Source of the DNA: Tubulanus polymorphus
Lineage: Eukaryota > Animalia > Nemertea
Assembly: GCF_964204645.1 (NCBI RefSeq)
Contig: NC_134031.1
Span: 14,743,807-14,807,806 of the forward strand
Direction: 5' to 3'
Length of the DNA: 64,000 nucleotides
Position numbers and translations under genes: made by a program. The first letter of the stretch is position 1. Each line of letters opens with the position of its first letter. Under the pieces are notes generated by a model, which was not told the DNA's origin, ran no database searches, and saw only the letters and a program-made list of their open reading frames with translations. Shown here piece after piece: positions 15,001 to 33,517 of the stretch.

Positions 15001-18000
15001 CTCTCCCTCCCCTAACTTATTCCTTTCGCCGTCTTTCTCTTCTCTCGATTCTCTCCTCTCTCCTCTCTCTCAACCTCATCCGTTTGGCTTTCGCCGTCCT
15101 TCCTTCTCTTCTCATCCCCCCTCTCCTCTCTCTCCCCTTGGCTTTCGCCATCTTCCCCTCTCCTTCCCCTAACTTTCCCTTTTCTCCATCTTTTTCTTCT
15201 CTCCTTTCACCTCTCTCCCCTCCTCTCCCTCCACTAACTAACCCCTCTCATCATCGTTCTCTTCTCTCTCATGTCTCATTTCTCCCCCAACCTCACCCCT
15301 TGACTTTCACCATCTTTCTCTCTCCTTTCTCCCCCTTGGCGTTCACCATCTTACTTTTCTCTCTCTCTTCTCTTTCATTATACCCCCTCTCTCCTCCTAA
15401 CTCATCCCTTGATTTTCACCATATATTTCTCTCTTCTTCTATCCCTCTCCTCTTTCTCTCTTATTTCTCTCTTTGTCTTTGTAGAAGTCAATAAAGGAAT
15501 ACATGAAACGGGCAGTGTTAATATGAACGATTCTATAATTGGACTCTCTCCTCGATCGGCGCGTCAGTCACTCGACGCGTTTTAGATCTATTCTATCTGA
15601 TATATCTACTGGCTCACTGACTGCTTCAACTGCAGCAAATATATACATCTTCACATATATACATCGAGTCACTACAGTCATTACTCACCACACCTTCAAA
15701 TAGATTTGAACTTGAACTTGAACCACACTTGACTATAGTCACCAGTCACTACACCTGACTGGTCACCAGTCGCCATACTGACCAGGCAACCTACAAAACC
15801 TGGTCGGTTAGGATTGCTTTTTGGGCTCGTGAACTCATTTTGGTCGAACAATCCCCTGGCATCGACCAGTTAAAAACCCCTTGCTCTCCGAAAGTGCTTT
15901 TATTTTTATTTTTATTTGTTTAATGTTCTATTCAATGCCTCATTGATTTATTGTAATAAAGTGGCCCTTGAAATCCTAACCACTGCTTATTTCCAAATCG
16001 TAACTCATAGGACGCACCACCTTCCTTATTGGTGCCATAACCATTCATCCCTGTCGAAGGAGAATGATGCTGTATCAGCTGAAGTCCTTGCTTCCTTTAA
16101 ACCCGGAAGAAAAGTGCACTAGACCAAACATAATCATAGAACTAACTTCGAACAGATTCAGAGTGTGACCCGGCGGCCGTGTATATCTATAATATATTAT
16201 ATCATAATCTGAAAATTCATCCGAGGTGTCATACCGGATATAAAGTGTGATACCGGAAATGACGTGTAGGATGAATGCAGAAGTCATCTGCTACTGTGGT
16301 TAATCGCACCAATTTCCGGTTCATCCGAACTTCCGTTACAGACTGATAGCGACGCTCAGTTCGCAGTGGCGTTTATCAAACATACCTCACGACTTTAAAT
16401 TCTACGTATTCGACTTTTCGTCGTTCTGTATCCTGTTTTTGACAACAATGCACACGTGATACTGATTCCTGTTGCCTAGAGCCGGCCGTGCGCCGTATAT
16501 ATGTGGGATATCGAAAGACGGATGACGGATGTACACGCACGCGACGCACGGCGCTACGAGACAAGTCATTCTTCCCTCTCAGTCTCTTTCTATTCGTATC
16601 AGAGATGATCAGATAATAAAACGTCTATCAACAACGATTTGAGCAGCGGGAAGAATTTTATTCTCTATTTAATTCTATATTTACCCGGAGACTAAATGCT
16701 CCGTTACAACTCGCTGCGCAACCGGCATGTTATCTAATTGTTGAACGTCTGATTAGTTCTCTTCTATCTGCTGCGTTAATAACCGTTAGTTCACCTTTAA
16801 CTGGCAATATAAATTACTCGCGGATTAATGAAAGACGTGGTTTAATTTCCGTGCCGACGGCTGACATTTTGGATTGCGCGTTCAACAACTCGGACTGAAT
16901 ATTACTCGCGACTGGAGCGTTTATGAATAACAACAATGCGGTTCAAACCAGGAATTATGGATGTTTATTGTTTTTTGACGGTAGCCGTTTTCTGGGGCCT
17001 CGTTCCTATTTGCAGTCCGGAACGGCACGCGCCGTGTTTTAGTTGTGAAATGTATAATAAGATGCATAGCGATCATCCTATGGCCAATCCTTATAAGGTA
17101 TGTTCGTGCGTGTAACGTTAATTTGTAACGGAAATGATGCCAAGACGCGGAATGGATCTCCGCTCGTAATTAAAGTGTGTTTCAAATTGAAAAAAATGTA
17201 GTTAAACACTGATGATACAATGAGTCACGAGAATGAGAGTGAGACTGAGAGTGACAATGAGAGAGAGCGATTAGAAGAGCGCTATGAGCGAAAATGAGTG
17301 TGAGAGTAAGAGTGAAAATGAGAGCGAGAGAGTCAGATTGAGAATGAGAGTCAAAATGAGATTGAAAGATTGAGAAGGAGTTAGGGCGAAAACGAGAGCG
17401 AGAGTAAGAGTGAAAATTACAGTGAGAGTGAGAGTGAGGGTTAGAGTGAGATTGAGAGTAAGAGTGACAACGAGAGATGGTGAGAATGAGAGAGAGAGAG
17501 ATTGAGAATAAGGGCGGAAAATGAGAGCGAGTGGTTGAGTGAGATTGAGAATAAGAGTGATAATGAAAGTGAGAAATTGAGAGTGAGAGTGAAAATGAAA
17601 GTGAGCGATTGAGAGTGAGAGATTGGATGAGCGTGAAATTGAGAGTAAGGGAGAAAATGAGAGTGAGAGTGAGAGATTGAACGAGAGTAATGTTCGTTAA
17701 TGTGAATTTCATGTTTGATATGAATTTCTGGTCACAATCTCACTCATTATGAAGAAATCGTCATTTATATCAAACTGTGATAGTATTATTACTAGTATTT
17801 GCATACCACGGTAGTGTCAGTAGAGTGGTATAGTGGTAGAGTGGTAAATTGTGGTAATGGTACATTACCATGTTATAGTGGCAGTGATATAATGCAGTGT
17901 AGTGTAATTGGTATAGTGGTACAGTTTGGTACAGATTACAACCCAGTTCAATCGATATATATGTAACAATGGCATCTTTATCAAAATTTAGTATTGATAG

Positions 18001-18624
18001 CGCACAATAGGCCTTTTCGAGATACCGGTTCCTGAATATGATCATATCCGTTCAGTAACCATAATCTAAAAACTACTTAAGCAACATGCAGTTTTATGAT
18101 TTAAGGCCGTTTTAGACTCAGGTCATGATTGCGCAACTGAGTGACACTCGTCGTTTTAAACTCTGTCCATTTTAACTCCCTAATTACAATCATTGTATTC
18201 CAAAAATACTCGCGTCTTCGAACGAAGTTGAACTTGTATAAGATGAAGCTTCGCTGATTTAGGAGTCACGAATTCTCGAGTGGGCTTGAATATTTATGGG
18301 GCTTTCGGGCCGTGTGGATAAATTGGGAACCGTCCCGAGGAATTAACGAACGGCCTTACTGAATCTAAACCAATGAGTTATTCATATATAATTAGCTAGC
18401 GAAAGGGAGAGATAGAGGAGACCGGAGATAGAAGCTGAGAGAAAGGGGGTAGAGGAAGCGGGTGGAGGGAGAAAGGGAGGCATATATACCTCCTTTATGA
18501 TGGGATTTACATCAATATTTATCTTGAATAATGACCACATAAACTGAGACACAAATGTTACACGCAGTTAGGTCACTAATTGGACTTCCTTTTATCGCTA
18601 ACATATCAAATCGGAGACCTCTTA

Positions 18625-19360
18625 GCAGTTCCCAGTTCCACAGCTAAGGATCCAGTTCCACAGTTCAGGATCCAGTTCCACAGCTCATTCCCCAGTTCCA
18701 CAGCAAAGGACCCAGTTCCACAGTGCTGGATCCAGCTCTACCGTCCAGTTCCCAGTTCTGAATCCAGATCTAAAGCTTAGAACCGACTAGTTCTGGACAC
18801 AGTTCCACAGTTCAGGATCCAGTTCCACAGTTCAGTTCCCAGTTCCACAGTCCTGGACCGAGTTCCAAAGTGCTGGATACAGTTCCACCGTTCATTTCCC
18901 ATTTCTGAAGCTTAGAACCCACAATTATAGTTCTGGACACTGTTCCACAGTTCAGGATCTAGTTCCACAGTGCTGGGTCCAGCTCTATCGCCTAGTTCTC
19001 AGTTCTGAATCCAGATCTAAAGCTTAGAACCCACAATAGTTCTTGACACAGTTCAGGATCCAGTTCCACAGTTCAGTTCCCAGTTCCACAGTTCTGGACA
19101 CTGATCCACAGTTCAGGATTAAGTTCCACAGCGCATTCCCCAGTTAGTGCACTAGAACTAGCCAAGGACCCAGTTCCACAGTGCTGGTTCCAGTTCTTTA
19201 TACCGTCCAGTTCCCAGTTCTGAATCCAGATCTAAAGATAAGAACCCACAATAGTTTCTAGACCAAGTTCCACAGTTCAGGATCCAGTTCCACAGTTCAG
19301 TTTCCAGTTCCACAGTTCGAGATCCCAGTTCCACAGTTCTGGATTCAGATCTGAAGCTCA
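18625..19360 (+). repeat. CCAGTTCCACAGTTC-core minisatellite (dispersed family; also 24140-24610 mostly in - orientation, 25390-25680, ~36820)
   Basis: Dozens of CCAGTTCCACAG units with GGATCC/AGATCT spacers; the family recurs in both orientations. Confidence 0.85.
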
Positions 19361-20714
19361 CAACTCACAATAGTCTCGTTGCATTTGACTCTTCGATTTT
19401 ATAATCATGCTAAGTCTGTTTCGTGATTCTATAAATTGAGATCACAATATTCAGCTAACCGGTGACCTTGCTTTAAACCACGGTAGATACCGATAATACA
19501 GCGGAGCAGATGATGGAGAGAGAGAGAGAGAGAGAGAGAGGTAGAATTGATTTCCCCGATGAAGATGAAAGTCTCGGAGGCCTCCTACCTGATTCAAATA
19601 CAAACTACATAAAATTATCACAAATTATCATCTGACTCCTAAATAACAGCTTGAAAATCGTCTAAACGATTCAAGATAATTTCCTACAATATTCACCGCA
19701 CAACAATGTTACCAGTCGCACGGCATAGCTGTTTCATGGCTAGATTACTGAAAATACCGTATTAAGAACGACTGATAAATTCGAAATTGAAATAACTGAT
19801 AAATTTGAAGAAAAGACAAACTGACAATTTTGCATCATCACTGTCAAATTTGATATAAGAATGACTGAAAAATTTGACTAACGGATTTTGCATTCAAATA
19901 ACTAATAAATTTGATACCAAAATAAATGACACATTTGAACTGACAGAATTGACTATTTGAATCATACTGAACCACTGTTTGCTACAAATATCAATCACCG
20001 GTTTATCGGATAATCTGATAATCTCAGAAAGGCTAATCTGATTATATCGGATGCTGGTTGATCTGATAATCTCAGAGTCTATGTAGGATACTCATTGAAA
20101 ATCTCATTTCCTCGTTTTGACAACTTGTTTTTATCAATTTAACAAACGACTTTTCAATTTCACGAAATTCGTATCGATCAAAACATTAAAACTAAATCTG
20201 TGCAAAAACCAATATTCAATTACAATCCGTTAATATATTATTCTAACAGCAACAGCGGCGGAGGCTCGAGCTTTACCATCCATCTATTCCTCTGCCTGTC
20301 TCGGATTCATCAACGAAATCATTTGCTTCGAATGTTTCTATGATTGAGGTCACCGGAGGTCGCTGTTCAATTATCTCGTGTTGCGAGATGCGAATCGTTG
20401 TTTTTAATGAAATCAAATGATCACGTGTCCAATCCCGCGTTATGAGCGCCGATTCAACGTCGACAAATTCACGTCATTAAATTTCGATAATACGCTAACG
20501 CGTTATAAAAACGCCGCGAACCGCGATGGTGCGTGACAGTCGTGTTTGTAAAGACGCCGCGAACCGTTTTAGTTATTGTTGTATGAAGACGTAACGACGA
20601 ATATCTCGACGCTGTGACTGACTGTGTCAACTTCTAGATTGATGGTCATGGAGTTACAAAATGCGATAAAAGTCATGTTTATTGCAAAACTAATAGAAAT
20701 GACTGATCAGGGAC

Positions 20715-20917
20715 AGAGGGAGAGGGAGAGGGAGAGGGAGAGGGAGAGGGAGAGGGAGAGGGAGAGGGAGAGGGAGAGGGAGAGGGAGAGGGAGAGGGAG
20801 AGGGAGAGGGAGAGGGAGAGGGAGAGGGAGAGGGAGAGGGAGAGGGAGAGGGAGAGGGAGAGGGAGAGGGAGAGGGAGAGGGAGAGGGAGAGGGAGAGGG
20901 AGAGGGAGAGGGAGAGG
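20715..20917. repeat. (GAGAGG)n hexamer microsatellite
   Basis: Directly visible. Confidence 0.95.
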
Positions 20918-21032
20918 GCCCCTCCCAACCCGCCCCGCCGCCTCAGACGATAGGGAGGGAGTCTACGATTCATTGTGTCATTCCCCACCTGGATTATTAC
21001 ATGAGTCTGTTCGACTCAGTCTATCTACTACC

Positions 21033-21080
<48 letters not shown>

Positions 21081-21404
21081 TCGCCTCCTCTCTCAATATC
21101 GCGTATTGTTTTTAATGTCACGATGACTGCTGCAGGGATTTCAAACATGAACTCGCTTGCCGCAGGCGGATATAGACACAACAATCAATTCTCCTTATTC
21201 TTCTCCTCATAAAGCGGAATGAATATAGAACATTGCCAGCCATTTATTTCTTTCTCCTACAAGATTAAACTGCAATTGGCTAGAATTACCGTTGACGAGG
21301 GTCTTATTAACTGTAACCCTAGCCTGAATTTATAAAACGTGGGCCTCTCTTACTCTATAGCCTACTGTCCCAATGTTGTCCTAATGTTTTGTTCGAGGTT
21401 CTAA

Positions 21405-22120
21405 TGTGGTGACCTAGTTAGCTGTAGTGACCTGTCAGGTGTGGTAGCTGGTGAACAGTCAGGTGTCGTGACTGTTGACCAGTCAGGTGTGGTAGCTGGT
21501 GACTAGTCACATGTAGTGACTGTTGACCAGTCAGGTGTAATGACTGTTGACCAGTCAGGTGTAGGGACTGTTGACCAGTCAGGTGTGGTAGATGGTGACT
21601 AGTCAGGTGTAGTGACTGTTGACCAGTCAGGTGTGTTAGCTTAGGACCAGTCAGGTGTAGTGTCTGGTGACCAGTCAAGCGTAGTGTCTGGTGACCAGTC
21701 AGGCGTAGTGACTGGTGACCAGCTAAGTGCGATGACTGGTGACCAGTCAGGTGTAGTGACTGTTGACCAGTCAGGTGTGGTAGCTGGTGACCAGTCAGGT
21801 GAAGTGACTGTTGACCAGTCAGGTGTGGTAGCTGGTGACCAGTCAGGTGTAGTGACTATTGACCACTCAGGTGTGTTAGCTGGGGACCAGTCAGGTGTAG
21901 TGACTGGTGACCAGTCAGGTGTGTTAGCTGGGGACCAGTCAGGTGTAGTGACTGTTGACCAGTCAGGTGTGCTAGATGATGACTAGTCAGGTGAAGTGAC
22001 TGTTGACCAGTCAGGTGTGATAGCTTGGTACCAGTCACGTGTAGTGTCTGGTCCCCAGTCAGGTGTAGTGATCGGTGACCAGCTAAGAGCGTTGACTGGT
22101 GACCATTCAGGTGTGATGAC
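21405..22120 (+). repeat. 24-bp minisatellite array (GACCAGTCAGGTGTAGTGACTGKT), ~29 units
   Basis: 8-aa periodicity in the spurious ORFs (GDQSGVVT / HLTGQQSL) matches the 24-bp unit. Confidence 0.9.
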
Positions 22121-22524
22121 TCTATCTCTATCATTCTCTGATTACGACCGTTCTTTGTGAGGTCCTTTATCAGAATTTCGCTAAGACACCAAAACCACTT
22201 AACTCAAGGGGGACACGTAGCTATCGTCGATGTAACCACAGTATGCTGTTTTATGCAAATCAAGTCGTGTAAAATTACCATATAGTATCGAAAAGATGTC
22301 AAACAGTAAAGTATAGAGGAGCAGAAAGCGAGTGTTTCTTTAATCTTATCTGGAGACTGTGAGTAACGGACGGTCTCACCCAAGCGTGTCTTACACTATA
22401 CACCACTACAGTTCCACATCTCACAGTCGTGTGATAATAAAAATACATCTTCGCCTTCCGGGAAATGAGAAGAACAGTCTTCAGTAATTAATACAATTAA
22501 ACCCGAACGCGCACCTGTCCTCTG

Positions 22525-22627
22525 ATGAACGCGCACCTGCGGCCGCCTGGATACACATCATACAATTCGATCGGGTTCAAAAGCAAAATTGTGTTCTACG
22601 ACTATTTTTTGTTGTTGTTTATGTTGG
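22525..22627 (+). CDS. Candidate first (signal-peptide) exon of the CCN gene
   Basis: ATG 22525 gives MNAHLRPPGYTSYNSIGFKSKIVFYDYFLLLFML, followed by donor G|GTGAGT (phase 1). It splices in frame only to an alternative acceptor at 25751 (giving ...FMLGIVFLDIFQIEKKC). Speculative. Confidence 0.35.
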
Positions 22628-25600
22628 GTGAGTAATTTTTCTAGTTTAGTTTATGTCACAGGTGTTTCTTGTCGCTCGCAGGAGAGTCGAGACAAGGAAA
22701 TACAATATAATGAGCTACAAGCCTTTATAGTTCTCCTACTGTCAATGAAGGCATACATCGCCCCACCTCCTCCCGCCGCCCTTCCTCATGCGAGTGCATT
22801 TAAACAAGCTGACCAATTAGAATACCGCGATATCGTATACACCACCACCCGGACTGTGTTGGCCTAAATTTGACTCATTACTAAAAAGCACTTTTTCACT
22901 AATGAAAATGAACTAATTTTACCTCGACATTTTGAGACAACTCAGAACCCTGTGGAACTTGGTAGGAATTAGAGAAACTGTAGAAATTGGAACCATTTGT
23001 GTTTTTTATAACGATACGAGACTGCTGGTTCAGATATAGCTTCCCTCTCTCCTTTTCTCCCCCTCCCCTCTCCCCTCTCATCCTCTTATTCTCTCCTTCT
23101 ATCCCCCTCTGACTCTTTCCCCTCTCCATCTCTCTTTCTCTCCCTCACTCAAGTTCGCCGCATTGAGGACGACAAAAGCTTGCAGCTGTTTCGAGAGAGG
23201 TGAAAAAGAGAGGGGGTGGGGCTCAGAGGCGGATTTCAGTGGTAATTATTGAGTGCATTAATAAGTGTTTTTACAATAATTTCCCAGTGGTTCATGTGGA
23301 GTGATGATGCAGAAGTCTCTCGGGCTCTCTCTCTTTCTCAACTCTCTCTAACTTTCTCTCTCTTTCCCGCGGGTTTTCTGATGATAATTGCGGCCATTTT
23401 CCGCAGCGACACCGTTACGGCGGAAATGACGTGCGCGACACGTTGTCTCTGTATTGAGTAATTGACGCGACAGAGGCACCGACAATAAACTACATTTAAT
23501 TGTGATTGATAAGTGATGATAAAATCGTTCGGATGCATTTTCTCTCGGAATAACGTAGGACACGTATTATCCTGAATTAACTCTACTCGTAGATTAATAG
23601 GGAGGGGGGGGTAAATATGATTTGATTAACTATGTGGAAGGGAATTAAGTGCTGCTTGTGGCTGCGGGAGGTGGCACAAACTGAAGCAATTAATTTACCG
23701 AGAAATACAATCATGCTGTTGTCATCTTCAATTATATAGTATTTTTCCAGACTAGAGTGCATATATATATACTGCAGTTATTTGTGGACATCATCAAGAA
23801 CCCACATCTACAGTTCACAATCCTCTGCCGGCAGGGATTCGAACATGATGGCATCGAGATTGCTTCGGTAGGAACCCCTGCCACACTAGACCGAGTGCAC
23901 AGCTACACGCGCAGCTTAGAAGATGTCATTATCAGCCAATCAGATATCCCGTTTCATGCTAGCCCGGGTTTTCCCATTAGTAGTTCTTCCGCAAAATCTA
24001 CTTCAGCAATCAAACACTGAGCAAATTGATTGGCGGCGCAAGTTTTCGCGCGGCAAAGCTGCGCATGTACCTGCGCAACCGGTCTAATGTGGCAGGGGTT
24101 CGTTCTTGGCAGAGTGTAGCGATGCCATCAGATTCTAGAGCCAGTTCTGCACTTCTGAACTAGTTTCACAGTTATGGATTCAGTTCCACAGTAGTCCAGG
24201 GCTCTGTTTTACATTTCCAAGGACTTAGCCTAACAGAGTAAAATTCAATTCCGATTTGTGGAACTAGGTTCCGACGTGGTAGAACGAGGGCCGTTACTAG
24301 TACTTGAATTTCAATGGGGCTGAGAGACCCGAGAAGGGCAGTCAATGGGGTATGGCAATATTATTTGGAAAAAAGGGCATTTTTCCAAAATTTTTCTGGG
24401 GCAGCTCCCCCTGCTAAATACGACCCTGGGACTGTCGTTTTGGCTCCCTGTGGAACTGGGTCTACAAATGTGGAACTGCGAGTTCAGAACTGTAGAACTG
24501 TGTCCAAAACTGTGGAACTTGGCCCAAAACTGTAGAACTGGGTCCTGAACGGTGGAGCTGGTTGCAGAACTGCGGAACTTACTGTGGAACTTACTGCGGT
24601 CCAGTGGAACTAATCGTATACTGTACGACATTCTTCGTATCTTTGAATGATCTTATATTTAGACCACACATTTTCCTTCATCTTCGTGCACACGATATTT
24701 CAAGATTCCTACGCGGAATATTTCAAAAGAATGTGTTCTAAAAGCGACATGTGACAGCTCTGGTGACAGATAGTCCCTGGTGATAAAGTAACAGGCGACA
24801 CTACACTATTACAGTATAATCTTTACGGAGGCTCAATTATCTTTTATCACATAATAACAACAACTCTGAGACATATAGTACTGTTATTATGAGTTCGGAG
24901 AGTTTTTTGATACCAATAAAACGCGATATATCTGCTATAAAATATGATGTATCAGACATTACGTGAAATATCGATGGTAAGAAACGATATATTTGAGATA
25001 AAAATGATACATCAGACATAACGAACAAATCCTGTTTAATATCAGAGAAAAAAACCGATAAATTTGAGATAAAAAGAAGAAATATTGGATTTGTTTAATG
25101 AAGTCTGTAGGAATATATGTGAGATGATTGGTGAAAGTGCGAGCGAGGAGGACGTAATCAGAAAACAGGGTTAACTAAGTGGTGATGATGAACTGATACT
25201 TGAGAGATAAGAGAGATGAGAGATGAGAGGGAAGCTGTCGTGGTTGCAGTATCTCGGCTAATGGAAACAAACTTTCTTATAAAACACAATCCGGGACTTT
25301 ATCCTCTAAAACTCCACGCGACCTTCAATGCTCACACTCTTTGAAACCGATTTTGAAATTTTTCAAATAACAGTACGTCTAGACATATGAATCCAGTTTC
25401 ACAGTTTGTGGATCCAGTTCCACTGTTAAGGACCCAGTCACACATTCTTGGCCCAGTTCCACAGGTTGTGGATCCAGTTCTACAGTTATGGACCCTGTCA
25501 CACGTTCTTGATCCAGTTCCACAGGTTATGGATCCAGTTTCACAGGTTCTGGATCCAGTTTCAAAGGTTGCAGATCTAGTTCCACGGGTTGTGAATCCAG

Positions 25601-25777
25601 TTCCACAAATTGTGGATCTAAAAACAAATTTCGGCATACGTGAATCTGAATCTGTCAAACTCATCCCTAAACTGTGGAACAGGGTCCTTACTCGATTGTA
25701 AAACCTTGCCACTGAAATCTCCGTTTTTTCTTATAGGGATGTTTTAATCAGGAATTGTATTCCTTGATATATTTCAG

Positions 25778-31693
<5,916 letters not shown>

Positions 31694-33517
31694 TAATGAT
31701 CGTTTCAGCTCTGTGTAATTGATAGAACTGTTCGTCTTTGTAAATAGTACAACCGAATCGTCAGCATTATGTTTGTGTTTTGTGTAATTGGGAACTGTTC
31801 GTCTCTGTAGATAGTGCAATCAAAACGTCGATGTTTGGACACGAAATTCAACATTTTCAAAATGGTGGCCATTTTTTTATCACGTGAGGAACTTGCTCTG
31901 CAATCTCATATCATCTCGCCAAAAATCAGTCAAAATCTCACGCGACCAAATATGACCGCTTTGATATGAAATGAATGCATTGTAGATGGTTATTATTGTT
32001 ATTATGATTATATTAGAATTATCATTATTTTATATAATTATCAATATCATTATCTTTATTATCATTAATATTATTATCATTTATCCGTAACTTGTGTCGT
32101 ACCACACATTTAGTAGTTATTGTATTGTAGAATTATCTTCATTGTTACATCACACAGTGTAGTTTGTAATACACCTTGTAAAATCCCGATGTAGTTGAGT
32201 AAAGTGTAGTTAAGTACAATGTGATGTATGAGGTGTAGTAAATTGTAGCTCAGTCTTACTCAAATCGTGTACAGATGAATACAATGTAAAGTAATGACAT
32301 TTGAATTCATAATTTGAAAGAAATTGTTGTAGGAGATTGTAATGTATGATATAATATAAGTCCTGTCTGTATCTGTGAATTTTAAAATAAACATTATTTC
32401 CTCTATCATAAGATATCGATATCATCTGTTGTTTCGGGTCTCGACCCCTTCTCATCCCCTCCTCCCTTCCTCCCCAAACACCTTGATTCCCCTCCCCTTA
32501 GATCAAGAACGAATCGGTGAACCGGTTGTTGCAATGCGCGCCACCTTTGTTCAATCACTGCCTCCTCGACGAACGAGTGACACGCCATCTAGTGGATATT
32601 AGAAAACAAAATAAAACTACAAATTGTGATCGCAACATTAACATATTTATTGTTTCAATGAAATTTCGTAGAAAGAAAGTGTTGAGGTTTTCATTGATAT
32701 GCACAAGAAACTAGTAGCGCACCTAGCAGCTCCTCGATCGCCATAGTATGATTCTCATTCGTAGTACAAGTGCGGATCTATGGGATAGCTACTGGGGCAC
32801 GTCGTACCGTTTAGGATTTCAATTGGCCCTCGAAAATATCTCCGGTCAAAAGCCTTTGCCTCCCAACATAAAATATAAAAAGGGTACATTACAAAATTCA
32901 AGCTTAAAGGCTTATAGATGTAGGTCTGCATGTAAGGCTCGTCTAAAGGTCTTTGCCGACTTTATAAGAAAAGAAACAGTGCAAAAGGGTATTGACAAAT
33001 AGGGCCCAGCCCGGCATTTGAATAGGGGCTGTTCAGAATTCAGAATAATAATGATTAGGCACATAGAATGTAAGAGGGAGGGCACCAATAGAAAGTAATA
33101 GGTCACAAACATTTCGAAATTTATTATGCATCACTTGGTAGATTGGCTTTAGCTGACAAAAAGCCCATTTTTACAAAGAAAAAGGACACTTTTACGTCAG
33201 GTTCGTGAAGTATAATATTGACGAATTGATGATTTGGCGAATTGACGAGTTCGTGTTCTGGATTTTTTGAGGCATTGCAGGGTACAGGGGGCCTATTTTG
33301 AAGCGAAATGATATGTGATTTCAACGCGTGACCGGGCGCGGGCCCGGTGGTGATATGGCTATCAACTTCCACAGTTACAACAGATCCAATTGCTTAACTT
33401 AAGCCTGCTTCGCTTATCGACATAAGCTTTGCGATCGAGGTCGCTCTCAGTGTTGCGTCGGTAGGCGTCACGTCGCTTTTCGACACCCTGGCTACGAGGT
33501 CTGAAAGGTCGTTCCAT

